DNA of 63,959 nucleotides, the filler included, from Ionaspis alba (taxonomy: Eukaryota), in NCBI GenBank assembly GCA_964255285.1. It is 12 parts of 12 records of this genome, joined end to end, with 100 filler letters (N's around TTAATTAATTAA, not from the genome) between each part and the next. Parts side by side here need not be neighbours in the genome. Positions count along the whole stretch, not along the records: positions 10,834 to 16,098 come from CAXUUL010001024.1; positions 16,199 to 21,462 come from CAXUUL010001025.1; positions 21,563 to 26,819 come from CAXUUL010001026.1; 9 more parts are not named here. One strand, written 5' to 3'. The first letter of the stretch is position 1, and every line of letters starts with the position of its first letter. Shown in pieces: positions 10,968-24,022 of this stretch. A model generated the notes under the pieces. The model worked only from the letters and a program-made list of their open reading frames with translations. It was not told where the DNA came from and did not search any database. The translations under genes and the position numbers were made by a program.

Positions 10968-13487
10968 TCAATCAGACAAGAGTGGATCTCGTGCATCACC
11001 AAAATCATAATCAACAGTCCACCTCTCCTTTCCGTCCCATCCTCTCTCAAGCCTGAGGCCATACTCCCTCCCCATGCCCGTGACGACTCGATCCCTCGTC
11101 GTCGTATTCGTGCAAGCCAGATCCGCCAGGTCGTCCTTGACTCTTGAGGCACAAATATAGAGTCCCATAGCTCCTAGCGTGTAAGGTCGTCTTGGTAGAG
11201 GCGGACCTTTCGGTCTTACCCAAACAACAACCAAAGTCAAGAGCATCAAGCCTAGAATAGAGGCCGCTATGAAGAAGGATACGACCACACCTTCAAGAAG
11301 AGATCCCCTGCTGAAGGGAATTCCGGGCATCACAATGATAAGTGCTTCCGCCAGGATGGTCACAAATGCAACAAGGGCAAGGTAGAAGCTGCCACGTGAG
11401 AGTGCGGTGGGGAAAGTGCTGAAGGACATCAGACTGCGGTTGGCGAGAATCGTCGCGGTCGGCGAGGCCATACCTTTGTAGAGGCGTTTAAACGGTTCGT
11501 CCACGGCAAACAAGCGTTCAAGTCGGTTCCACTGCGAATGTATGATTATGCCCACACAAGTGATAAGAAAGCGTGGGCCAAAACTTTCGCTGTCCATGAA
11601 GCGTTCGAAACCGTTGTCCTCTGAGTTCTTGTAGTATATAACTATGAGAACCAATGTGCCCGCAGTCACTACTGTAAATATGGTATTGCGAACAATTTCA
11701 AATATGCTGGGCGATCTTTTCTTTTCGTGGTTGGAGGGGTCTACCACCGGCATTGGTTCGTTGATGAATTGCGTTGAGGCGTGAGCCATTTCAGACTCAT
11801 CTATTTCGATGACACCCATTGGAACGATGCCATATCTTTCTGTTCCATCCATGGTACGGTAATATCCCAGGTGATAACGCCGGCCAGTGAGATTCCTGCG
11901 TGTTTCCTTCTTTGGCGCAAACTGGTCCAGATGATAGAATTCCTCGACAATCTCGGGATGGTGGATTAGGGACGCCACTGAAGCGATGCTTGACGGATCT
12001 GAGTATACGCCGCTCTTGTGGGAACGCAGCATCCACCAGACATTGATAAGCATTATACAAGTAAATGCTAAGAAGCCCTGAAGGATCCTTGCAATTGCAT
12101 CGTTGATCCACATTGCAGCCCCACATACCTGTTGTCCATCAGAGATGCTTTCACACGATGGGTAGAAACGCAGCAATTCAGATGCGAATGGTGAGATAAA
12201 GCCGACAACAAGATAGAGAACAGATGTCCAGAGCATCAGCCAATGACCACTGAACATAGCAGCGAATGGCTCCATACTCTCGTTCGGTGAGAGGTAGTTG
12301 ATGCTGAAGAAGTCCTTCGTAAGAGCACCTTGATCTCTGGTCAACATATAGAAGGGCTCCAACAGTTTAGTGGCCGCGTAAACATATCCAACCAGTATAC
12401 GAAGTATGACAGCACACAAGACTGCCAGATAAGAGCCGATGAAATAGCGGAGATCGGTGAAAAAGGCCATAGGACGATCTGCGTGTAATGGAGGACTTGA
12501 TTGCTCGGAAGTACCAGTTTTCCCAGAATCTACGAATTGTTAGTGGACAGAATCACTCTCTGTGAAGAGAGATGTTACCATTCGTCGTGCTAGACGCCTC
12601 GGTTGCTACCGGTATACTCGATGTGAAGGTCGTGAGCTGGCCATCTGCGCCAGTCGCAACCGAAACCGCAAGAGAATATCGTGTTGTCGCTTTTGGACCA
12701 GGTGTGATAGTAGCAAGCTTACCGTCAATTGTCGTAACAACAGGGGTCCCAATCACACCATCCGAGCGTGTGATAGTTACGGATATTTCAGACGCTACCG
12801 TCGTATCTGGATATGTGACTGCCGCCGTTGACTTTGTCACAACCACAGGATCCAGGTACGAATCATGAGAAGCCGTAACGACTGGAGGATTTGCGCCAGG
12901 ACCCACAGTCCCGACAGAAGGATTCAAGTAGCTATCTGAAGGAGCTGTGGGTACAACGATTGATGGTTGGCCACGTGGAAGTGTTGTAATGCCAGGATCG
13001 AGGTACGAGGAGGATGGGGCCACGCTCGTTCCTGGTGGAACCGGATTGGCGGGGTTGGGTACAACGACTGGAATTGTTGTGATTGTGGGATCGAGATAGG
13101 AAGATGGTGGAGCTGTTGAATATAGAATAGGACTGTAAGTTGAAGTTTCTGAGGAAACGGTCTCTGGGATAGTCGGTGTCGAAGCAGGATCAGAAATAGC
13201 TGACACCTGTCGGGCTTCGAGAACGACATCTTTGATGGTCCCTGGTAATTTCCATCCAATATGAGGAAGAGTTTGACATCCGTATTCCAGCACGCCTATT
13301 CCACATAGAGAGATTACGAGGAGGAACGCGAAGAATGCGGTGCGATGTACCAAAGGTTTGTAGCATCTTTCCGGCCTCGGAAGATCTTCTATGGGATCTA
13401 TTGCAGCTTTCAGCGTCTGTCGCAATTTCTAGTGAACATGGGCACTTACGGCTTCGTACTTGAGGTTCGCTCTTCCCATAGAACTTC
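10968..13487 (-). CDS. DUF3433-family multi-pass membrane protein with S/T/P-rich extracellular region; start lies in or beyond the N gap
   Basis: Order is YKPLVHRTAFFAFLL TM helix, mucin-like stalk, intron at about 12531-12578, then duplicated TM modules with DPSSIASVASL and PRRPYTLG motifs. Confidence 0.75.
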
Positions 13488-13587
13488 NNNNNNNNNNNNN
13501 NNNNNNNNNNNNNNNNNNNNNNNNNNNNNNNNNNNNNNNNNNNNNNNNNNNNNNNNNNNNNNNNNNNNNNNNNNNNNNNNNNNNNNN
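13488..13587. other. Scaffold gap (100 N, no linker)
   Basis: Pure N run. Similar gaps occur at 34915-35014 and 51134-51233. Confidence 0.97.
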
Positions 13588-14586
13588 ACGTAGAGGCTGC
13601 GTTTGGCAGTATCTGTGCATCTCCAAGACTTTAACGACACCAGCTCCAGCTCTGGAACCTCTTCATCCACCAGGCATAGAGACAAAGCCAGCTGCTCTAG
13701 TGAGAGCCAAGGCCGCCTCAATACCAAGGAATTCCATCTATCCAGGCTCGAAATTTAACGTATTGGGGGAAAACGCTTGCTCCAGTTGCGGTGGGGAAGT
13801 AGAAAGCACTGTAAAGAGCACATCATCCATGCTGATATTACCAATTGTAACCAGAGCTGGAGCATGTTGCATGTTGCATGTACAATAGAGGCGATTACGC
13901 GCAGAAGCTCAACTGTTTGGGTCTGGGCCTTCTGCGCTAACTTTTGCGTGAATTTGGTGGTGGAGCAGCCGTGCAGAAAGCCGAGGACGACGAGATTAGA
14001 TCGGGCAATGGTCGCTTGCGTGCATTTCCCGTAAGACTAAGACATATAAGGCATGGTTTGCTTTCGAGATCCAATGTCTCTTAGACTCGCGGTTGTCGAG
14101 GAGAACAGAGCGTTTGAACAAAGCACTCCGAGTATATCGCGACATGACTGAGATCCAGCTGTCTGTCAAGAAATATGATACGTAGGAAATCTCTTGCCAC
14201 TTATCGATAAGCGATCGTCGCACAACAGCCCGGATCGGACTCAGGTACCATCCCACCTGTTGACTAATCATTGAGCGACGCCTAAGTGGGCTGGCTCTCT
14301 TTACCTCATAGTTGCCGCTCTCCCGCATGGAACGTTCTCTGTACAAGGTATCGTTAATATTGAAAAAAATTGAGAATTCTTCAAGCATGGTTTGTCAACA
14401 CGTAGTGACGACATCGTCGATGACGTTTGCTGTTCGCTCTGCTATGAAGTAGAAAAACTGTTTAAAATGGATGGGTACACATGGTTTTCTCTTCACCATT
14501 GATATAAATTCCCATTTGTTCTTTCATCCTTAGATTATATATAAGAGATCCAATTTTTTTTATTTCATTGTTCATCTCATAATAGA

Positions 14587-16056
14587 ATGGCTCCAGCCGC
14601 TAGATACGAAAGTGAGAATGTGGATCCAGCTCCTCTGGGGAAGCCCCTCCACTTCGAGTTCAGCGGACAGACCGCACCAAACCGCTTCATGAAGGCTGCC
14701 ATGACCGAGCGGCTATCATCATGGGATCCAAAGAGCCTTTCTGCCCGTGGCATCCCCTCCAAAGGGCTCATCAACGTATATAAGCGATGGGGCGAGGGAG
14801 ATTTAGGAACAATCCTGACCGGCAATCTCATGGTCGAATATGATCAATTGGAGGCTCCAGGTAATCTTATTATACCACTCGATGCCGAGCCATCTGGTGA
14901 ACGCTTCGAAGCGTTCAAGGAGCTGGGCGACATGTCCAAGAAGCATGGCAGTCTTATACTTGGACAACTCAGCCACCCTGGACGTCAAGTTGGGTCTGGT
15001 GTACAGAATAACCCTATAAGTGCCAGTGATGTTCAGCTGGAAGGTGAAATCATGGGCATGACGTTCGCGAAGCCACATCCTGCAAGCCACGACGAGATCA
15101 AGCATATCGTCGACTGCTTCGCTCATGCTGCCGAGTATCTACACAAGGCTGGTTACCACGGCGTTGAGCTGCACGGAGCGCAGTAAGTAGTTTCTTGCCC
15201 TTCGCTGCCAATTGAATTAAGGCTCATTGTTCACAGTGGTTACCTCATTGCTCAATTCCTTGCACCCTCAACCAATCACCGTACCGATCAATACGGAGGA
15301 TCTCTGGAGAATCGCTCCCGTATTATCTTTGAGATCAATGATGAGATCCGCAAAAGAGTTCCCGAATCATTCATGGTTGGCATCAAGATCAACAGTGTCG
15401 AATTCCAGAGCGGCGGCTTCGATACAGAGGAGTGCAAGCAGCTTTGCTCAAGACTCGAGGCAGCCAAGTTCGACTTTGTTGAACTGAGCGGAGGCACATA
15501 CGAAGAACTGGTAGGTGCCCCACAACCACTCCTAATTTCTGTTTTACGTTTCGCCACCACCATGCTAACACGTCCATTCAAGGCATTCTCTCACAAAAAA
15601 GAAAGCACCAAGAAGCGCGAAGCCTTCTTCCTCGAGTTCGCCGAAACCATCGTGCCTGCCCTCAGCAAGACCAAAGTCTTCGTCACCGGCGGCTTCAAGA
15701 CTGTCGGTGCCATGGTCAAAGCCCTCGACACCGTTGACGGCGTTGGCCTGGCGCGTCCCGTTTGCGAGGAATTCCGCTTCTGCTCTGATATTCTCTCTGG
15801 AAGGATCAAGGGCGCCATCAAGCAGAGGTTGGATGAGAATAACTTCGGACTCACTAATGTTGCGTCTGGCACATTCATTCGGATGGTCGGAAGGGACCAG
15901 GAGCCTGTTGATCTTAGCCAGGAGCAGTACGAGAAGGCGTTTATGGAATCGATGGGGCATTGGAGTGAGTTGATGAGTGGTGATTCGGAGGGGTATCGAT
16001 ATGGTTATATCGATATGCAGGGTATTAAGCCAAATCCTTATGGTGTTGCTTATTAG
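14587..16056 (+). CDS. NADH:flavin oxidoreductase / Old Yellow Enzyme family, 3 exons
   Basis: Contains [35 protein letters not shown] (joined across intron 15183-15236), [23 protein letters not shown] and GVGLARP. A second intron lies at about 15511-15582. Confidence 0.93.
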
Positions 16057-16232
16057 ATTAGATTTCTGAGCTGCTTCTGTATTAAGATGAGCATAGATNN
16101 NNNNNNNNNNNNNNNNNNNNNNNNNNNNNNNNNNNNNNNNNNTTAATTAATTAANNNNNNNNNNNNNNNNNNNNNNNNNNNNNNNNNNNNNNNNNNNNTA
16201 CCACCGCTTGATGCGGCAACTAATCCACTGAG

Positions 16233-18746
16233 ATGGAATCCATATCGAAGATTTCATCTTTGCTGGAAACAGGTAATTCGAAGAGCTAGCTCTGATATAT
16301 GATGCGACTAATTGTTGTGAAGCCCGAGATCTCACGGTAGAGGCAGCTCAGTCTGCAGGCATAAGCCGGACCATCAACAGCAGAGCTGCTTCACGGGATC
16401 TTCCCTTTGCTCAAGTCAAGAAACTGCTCGATAGCAAATTTGATCGTGAAGTTCTAGAAGGTCTACGTAAAGTGATCTCTGTATGTGTTCATGCGGAATC
16501 ATCAGGAATGGAGCATTTCTGATTATCTTTCTTAGATGATATACCGCTCCAAACCTTGTCTTCCATACTTTTCATCGGTGGTGAAGAACGTGGCAAGTCC
16601 GAATATCGAGATCAAGAAATTAGTTTACATATATCTGCTTCATTATGCCGAGTCCGAACCTGATCTTGCTCTGTTGTCCATCAATACTATCCAGAAATCC
16701 TTGACGGATCAGAATCCCCAGGTACGGGCAATGGCTTTGAGAGTCATGTCTGGCATCAGGGTTCCCGTGATCAGTCAAATTGTTTCTTTGGCCATCAAGA
16801 GAGGATGTGCAGACATGAGTCCTCATGTTCGGAAAGCAGCCGCTTTGGCGATTCCTAAGTGCTACAAGCTTGATCCATCCACTCTCCCACAACTCCTCGA
16901 TTATCTGTCTATTCTACTAGGTGACAAACAATACTATGTCGTGGGCTCTGCTATCACAGCGTTCCTGGAAGTGTGTCCAGAAAGGATTGATCTCATCCAC
17001 AAACACTACCGAGCGCTAGTGAAAAAAATAGTAGACATGGATGACTGGGGCCAGCTTGCTCTGATTAAGCTCCTAACGTTCTATGCACGGAGATGTTTCC
17101 CACGTCGGACTATCAGGGTTAAAGACCAGAAGACCAAGGGATTCTATGAGGATGAGAGCGCTAATGAGGACGAGGATAACACGGGTGAAGAGGTCCAAGT
17201 GCTGGACTCTGACCTCGAACTGTTCCTAAAGGCATGCAAGTCATTACTCCAGAGCCGCAATCCGGCGGTCATCGTGGCTATCTTGCGTTGCTTTTTAAAC
17301 CTAGGTACTCCTGAATACCTCGAGTCGGCAGTGGGGCCGTTGGTGGCGTTACTACGAAGTCCTCAAGATCTCCATCAAGTCATTCTGTACAACATCGTAT
17401 CAATCTGCCTTATTCGCCCGGAGCTGTTCGTCCCATACATCAGCCGTTTTTTTATCAGCACACTAGACTCACCTGAGTCATGGCAATTGAAGATCGAGGT
17501 TTTAACCTTAACTTTCCCCCACTGCGATTCCCGTACCAAGGCGTTGATTCTGAGCGAGCTCGAGCACTTCACCAAAGCCACCGATGGTGCACTTGTTCGT
17601 GAAAGTGTCAGGGCGATCGGCAGATGCGCCCAGAGCGATAATACCACATCCTCGCGATGTCTCAATCTATTGCTTCGACAGACGTCGAGCGCTGATGAGA
17701 ATCTGGTTGCTGAAGCTTTGACAGTTATAAGACATCTCATACAACAAGATCCTCCATCACACACTAGGACGGTCATCAGATTAGCCAAGAACCTCGATAC
17801 CATGATTCATCCGGAAGCCAGAGCCAGTATCATATGGCTAGTAGGCGAGTTTGCTGGAGTAGGAGAGGAAGACAATATTGCTCCGGATGTTCTTCGGATC
17901 TTGGTTCAAGGATTTGCAGAGGAGTCCCAAGCTGTAAAGTTACAGATCGTGCTACTAGCTGCGAAAGTCTACGTTCGTCATCTCAATCGAACTCAGGATA
18001 CTGGCGAAACAGAGGCTTCAGGAAATTTAGGTACGGATATAGAGCAAGATAATGCATTGAATTCGCCAAGCCAGGATCATAATGGATTTGGCGAGGGCTC
18101 TACGCCTGCACCTCCTTCCAACCAGACCGAACACCCAATAGCCATTCTCTGGCAGCACATACTATTACTGGTCCGTTACGATGTCTCGTACGACCTGCGC
18201 GATCGCACGCGGCTGTACAAGGCTCTACTGGCAGATCCCACATCCATTCAGCTCGCAAACCTCTTACTGCTCGCTCCAAAACCCGCACCCAAAACACCAA
18301 GCCCCTCCGAGAGTCGTAAAGACCTCCTATTAGGATCTGCCACTCTGGTCATAGGAGACGAGGCTGGTCCTACTGGACTTGCAGGGTATGAAAACTTACC
18401 TGAATGGGTCAAAGCAGGGGAGGAGCCAGACCCAAAACTGAGGGATAAAATCGAGACAAAGGGTGGACATGGCGAGAAGAAGATCGTATCTGCAGGGGAT
18501 AAGTTGGATACTGCTTTGAGGCAACAGGGTGCGGAGACAGAGCCTAATGGAGTAGGGGCTGTCAAGAAGGAGAAGACACTGGATGATTGGCTTGCCGAAG
18601 AAGAGGAGGAGAGTGAGGAGAGTACTGAAGAGGAAGAATCCGAAGGAGATGATGAGGAGGAGGAAGATGACGACGAAGATGGGTCAGAGTATGAGACGGA
18701 TAGTGAGGACGGTCAGGAGGGTGATCGATTAGTCCCGGAACTTTAG
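16233..18746 (+). CDS. APL6: AP-3 adaptor complex beta subunit, 3 exons
   Basis: Exons 16233-16272, 16323-16480 and 16536-18746 give MESISKISSLLETARDLT..., adaptin-N motifs VVKNVASPNIEIKKLVYIYL and ALLSINTIQKSL, YDVSYDLRDR, and an acidic tail. Confidence 0.93.
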
Positions 18747-19118
18747 GTCTCGAAAAAGCCGAAGATTTCCCAGAAAACAACCAGTAAGGCCTTTCATGTA
18801 ATTACACTTGAAAATCATGATTCTATGGGTCTCTGCGTTAATGTTCACTTTGTACCAGTCTTTGTCGGGTGAATCTGGAGGAAGAAGCTTTGCTCGCATT
18901 TTAATTGGAGAATACGCTAAGTGCGCTTGATGTGGCTTAGCGCAAGATGTCAGAGCTTCGTACCTCGTGTCGCAACTTTAAGGTAACTAGTTTCACAGTT
19001 GCAGAAAAACCAAAAGCATCACATCCTCTCCTCAACAACCCGAGAAGCTTAATCTACTATTACCACTGCGTAATTTATATTCTGTTCTCTACGTATCTGA
19101 TATAAGACGCGCGCTTCA

Positions 19119-19762
19119 ATGGATCTCTCAAATGGCTTGTAAGCTCAAAACTCCCAGCTTCATCACTGCCTACATTCGTGGTTCTCATATCTCCCAAACC
19201 TATACTGACAGAGCTTGCGCAACAGCCGGATAGCCAACTTAGTAGTCGGCCTCGTGATGGTCCTCGGGGGTGTCGCCGAATTCTTTCCCATTACATTGTA
19301 CGGGCTCCCCACGCAAGTCTCGAACGACAAGCTCTGACTTCTAGCCAGCCCGCATGTTATATTGGGTTGCTATGTCATAATATTCGGTCTTGGTAAGAGT
19401 GACCCTGGAAATTGGTTGCTGCAATTTCACGACTAATGCGATTCATGTAGCAACGGCCGGACTCGAATTTCAAATCCCCTCCTACGTCAGCAGATACGCG
19501 TCCTTCTACTTCAGCTTTGTGGGGCGGGGAATCTGTCAGTGCTCTGCGAACAGTGTTGCCTGGACGTGTAAGGCTAATCACAATGGCAGTCTATATCTTC
19601 GTCGGCTCGGTCATCCTTGGTGATTCTTGGTATAACAAGATTCCAGGCGCTATCGTTGGAATTATTGGGGTCGCATACGTTGTCCTTGAGTTCATACCCT
19701 CCATTGAGCCGCCAACGAACATGCGAGAAGCAGATCAGGGCTGGGGAGCGGAGCAGGTGTAG
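19119..19762 (+). CDS. TVP15: Golgi/COPI-associated membrane protein TVP15, 5 exons
   Basis: Exons 19119-19138, 19226-19297, 19349-19392, 19451-19534 and 19590-19762 give MDLSNGFRIANLVVG...LEFQIPSYVSRYASFYFSFVGRGIFYIFVG...IPSIEPPTNMREADQGWGAEQV*. Confidence 0.88.
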
Positions 19763-20216
19763 GTATGAGTATGTGGTAGAGAGACTGGTAGCTTTAGGTG
19801 GATGGAGAATTCGCAATGCATGGTAGTTTACAGCGTGGATTCAGGATTATACATGGCCAAGAGCAGGAAACTCTGCGTTTTGGGGATGGTTGTGTTGATA
19901 ATGTAAAACGATAAGGTTTTGTAGTATACTGGATGTCACCATTGTGTACTTTTAGGAATATGAGATGCTGATGACTGCTGCTTGCTTAGCGACCAGTGTT
20001 AGAGCTGTCAACGCTTCCTTTTGAAAGCTCTGGAGTCTTCAATCAGCACCTGTAACTGCACTATCATCTTATGTGGCCAAATTCATTTCAGTCGCTTGCA
20101 AGCTCTCTGCGATAAGCAAGAGGCTGGGTATCATCATGCTACCAGATGAGACGTGAAGCTGTCGGAAAAACACCGAGTCCCGCATCGCTATGCTGTCTGT
20201 CCATAGCTAGTAATCT

Positions 20217-21461
20217 TCATGCTGTCTTATCCACATCCATTTCTTCCACTCCAGCAGTATGCTCTTCACCTGCGTTCTGCTCTCCACTGTTCTCCCCTTC
20301 TATATTCTGCTCCTCACCGCCACGACCCACGTCTTTGTCCATCTCGTCGCCATCGGTGTCCGTCGTTTCGTCATCATCATGTGGCCTGTCCATCATGACT
20401 TTCTTGCCTTGGTTGCTTGGGTCAATGCGAGGAGCGCTAACGGCATCAAGATACTGAGCGTTCGTCATTGCTGAAACGAGACGCTGGCTTTTGAAGCCTT
20501 CCGGTAGGAAAAGCTCTTCGTCATAGACGCCGTATGCAACAGGGTCCTATTGGCAGTCTCAGCAATGCCTTCCTGGTGCAAATTAGCCAATTGCAGCTCA
20601 CCTCCTCGTCGATCCATTCAAGATGCTCCCATTCCTCCTCCTGCATGGCTCGAAGTGTACTTGCAATCTCACTAGTGTCCACATCATCGTCCTCGGATGA
20701 CTTAACAGCCATATTGACTGCACGAGCTTCTGTCTCGGGTGGTGGATTCTCTGTATCACGCTGAGCTCGAGTAGAAGATTTCTCGTTATCGGCAATGGCA
20801 TCTAGGTGAGCAAATTGAGGTTGGAGTAGGCAGATAGCATCGACTTGGCTGAGGTGTAGCTCCTCTAAGAAATGATAGATTAGTGTAGGAGTGTTTGACA
20901 GAACGACCGGATCAACGTACTGCCGCGGAAGACGCCGATAGCATACATTGGCTCGCCGTCTTTCGGACGCAGGATCTTGCCTCCCAGTGTCATTTTATTC
21001 ATGACATTGCCTTCATTGTTTGCTGTGTAGAAGTCCTCCAGTAGTGCTTCCTCCGACACCTCTACCACGCCACCTGGCCCATCATCTCTGCCAGCGCGAG
21101 TCTGAGAATTGACCCCGAAACCCCCCGCCATACCAAATGATCCTCCCTGCCGTACCACCTTATTCTTCTTCAAGGCTTGACCATACTCAATGCCTCGAAC
21201 ACGATCAAAGTTCTTTGTCAAATTGATTGGGACATCAAGTTCCACCAAGCCACACTTGGGCTTGATGCGCAGGGCAAGAGGCTTCTGGTGGGTGGCATCA
21301 TTGTATGGCTGGTTTCGATCGCGATTGGGGAATTGCAGGAGCATGATATGCTTTTGGGGCTTGGTCAAGAACACCCTGTACTCCGCGATGACCTTTCCGC
21401 GAGAATCCTTGGGGGCGGCCTCTGCTGCATCATCCTTGAAGTCAGCAATGATTTGCGCCAT
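20217..21461 (-). CDS. RPC37: RNA polymerase III subunit RPC5/Rpc37 (Sin-like N domain), 3 exons; start may be truncated
   Basis: Contains YRVFLT..LLQFPNR, LRIKPKCGLVELDVPI and TLGGKI...YAIGVFRG|KELHLSQVDAICLLQPQFAHLDA. Introns lie at 20865-20920 and 20547-20601. Confidence 0.82.
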
Positions 21462-24022
21462 GNNNNNNNNNNNNNNNNNNNNNNNNNNNNNNNNNNNNNN
21501 NNNNNNTTAATTAATTAANNNNNNNNNNNNNNNNNNNNNNNNNNNNNNNNNNNNNNNNNNNNTATTCAGATGACGCTAGAGCTAGCAGAGGAAGTGAGTG
21601 AAGATATCGTGGCAATGAATATCCTGATGATGGGTAGCATTCGCCTCATCGGGTGGGTGTCGTCGGTACGAGAAAGTGCAGTAATGCCAACAGAATAGAA
21701 TCGCGGCAAGGCTATTTCTATAGACTGCAAGGCCGAATAACGACTACTGTGGCTAGTGAATGCTTAGCACATCATATGCTTCTTTTGATTATCCGTGGAA
21801 GTCGAAAGCTGTAAAGACGGAACCCTGAAGAGCCTGAGAAATTGACTCTGTCGATTCCGCTTCGGTCGGTTGCCATGAAATGGTTGATCATGGAGCACCT
21901 TCAAGTCTTCCATATCGGAGACTTGTAAACAAGGCTTGTATCTGAGGCCAAGGACATTCGGTTTGATGAGGCGAGCGTCGAAAGCAGGGCAGGGATTGTG
22001 ATAGTCTATCAGCTCCCAACCACCAGCTATGCATATTCTCTTGGCGACATTGATATATACTTATGGGAGTTGGGTCATGAATATGCATGTCACGGATGGA
22101 GTCCGAGAGTTCGTGTCACATTGAATGTGTGCTGCCCAGCCTTACCCTAGATCACGTAACCAGAGCTTGGAGCTTCACTTCGGCCTAGAGGCATCTTTCA
22201 GTCGATAATATCTGCGAAGGATACTCCGAAGATACAGCCTGCTTATCGAATACAGCTCCATAAAAATTTCTCTGAATAGCTCGGCAAAGGTATATATCAA
22301 GGATGAAGCTCCTCCGGACCCTGAGCACCGCAATTCCTTCTCGAAGAACGCATGAAAAGGTGGGGGTCGGGGATAGTAGCAAGCAATTAGTAATGGTCCG
22401 GAGTAGATCCTTAGGCGAATAGCGATAATATGGTTGTCCAACAGTACTCACTCTCCTGCGGACCTTTTCTTCGACCCTTTCGCCATTTCGCTTCACACAT
22501 GCAACCTCAATATCACCAACTCGGTACGAGGCATAACACAGAGATAAAGGACTGAGACATCCCCGAGCTATATTCAGCTCCAAATGCATGGAAGGAGAAA
22601 GAGGCGAGTGTCTTCTCCTTTTGAGGTGGAAAGAGGCGAAAGGAGGGCAGGCTGTCGGTTCGGCCCCTTCGGTCGCATTGATAAAGAGCACAGCCGAAGC
22701 AACGGACGCGTGACGGGATTCCCTGAGGGTTACCGTGCAACACATCAATCCTTTACGGAGATGCTTCCTTTTCCGGCCAAGTCCCGCAGTTCATTCGCAG
22801 CGCTGCGGACAACCATCGTCTGCTCTTCCCCCGCCCGGAGAGGATTGAATCTCAAATAGTGTGGACCTATCAGAAGCCTTGCTGTGCTTGACCGGGGGCC
22901 AGTCAAGCCGACTGGATGGAAGGAGAAGGGTGAATACACAAGGGATGGGGGCCAGGAAAGAGGGGGCTAGTATTGGTCACGGAACTTTTAGGATTGCGAT
23001 GGAAGGGGGATGGGGGAGGGGTAGAATGGATGGATCGCAGTGGATGATGGGCTTTTGCTATCCGCCATCGAACAGCCTTTGCCGTGTTCTGTGCAGCTTC
23101 TACTGCGCCGAGCAAAGCAAAGAAAACGCCGTTGACGAAGCGTCGTCTTGCACGGAACGACCGCAAGGTTTGAGGATAATATCCGACCTCGTGAGATCCG
23201 ATCTCTTTGTGCCTGAAGATGTCGTAGTTACCGAGGGAAGGATGCTTTATTTCCATGTCCGTGTCGCTATTCTCGATATCTACGACCTATCGGTGCAGAG
23301 ACTATAAGAAAAAGGTTTCTGGCCCGTCGCCGCAGTCATGCTGGACGGAGGATCAAGAAGCAACTCAACGACCGTTTCGCGGAGTTTAGTGGCCGCCATC
23401 AACCACCATGGACCCCCTCCACGACTTCCATCTTCCCGCACACTTAAATCATAGTCGCGACGCACTTTAATTCTTTAGCCAATAGCATCTGAGACTACCA
23501 GGTTCTTGATGTCTTTGAGGTGCATTTCAGGCGAGTCGGACGACCTGCATTTGCAGCTGCTTGCAAGGTCCAGGACTTAAGCTTCCATCGTTATCGGCTG
23601 CATCCTTTTCATGCTCGACCGATGCCACTTGATCTCAAGCCACCGAAAGCGACTCCTCTATCGAACAACCGACAGGGTCCCTGGTGAGCGGCCGTTGCTC
23701 TCGTCCTAAGGTACTTTTATTCCTCGACTTCTCGCCGTTTTCCTCGGCCAATGCTTGGAAAAGCTTCGCATTCTCCTTGCTATCGACCGTTCGTTACACT
23801 AGAGAAATACACAATAGATCTACAGTCGTTTTCGTCCATCTTCTACTAGTCCAGAACTTCGTCGATCTACCCGTGCGGTGTCGAAGCCACTTGCGTCAAG
23901 GAAAGAACCATTTGTCGAACCTCGTGGGACGTCAGCCGGTCGCTCAATACACCGCGATCGAAGCTCGGGCACTTTCCCTTGCTACCTGTCCAAGCGCGCG
24001 TATACATCTTCCAAACACTATC

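Noticed and set aside
23684..24022. ORF-track N-terminal extensions from GTG/TTG starts (also 3307, 42836, 47254, 50700, 51883, 61679)
   Set aside because: These come from bacterial-style start calling, which is inappropriate for a fungal genome. First suitable ATGs were used instead.
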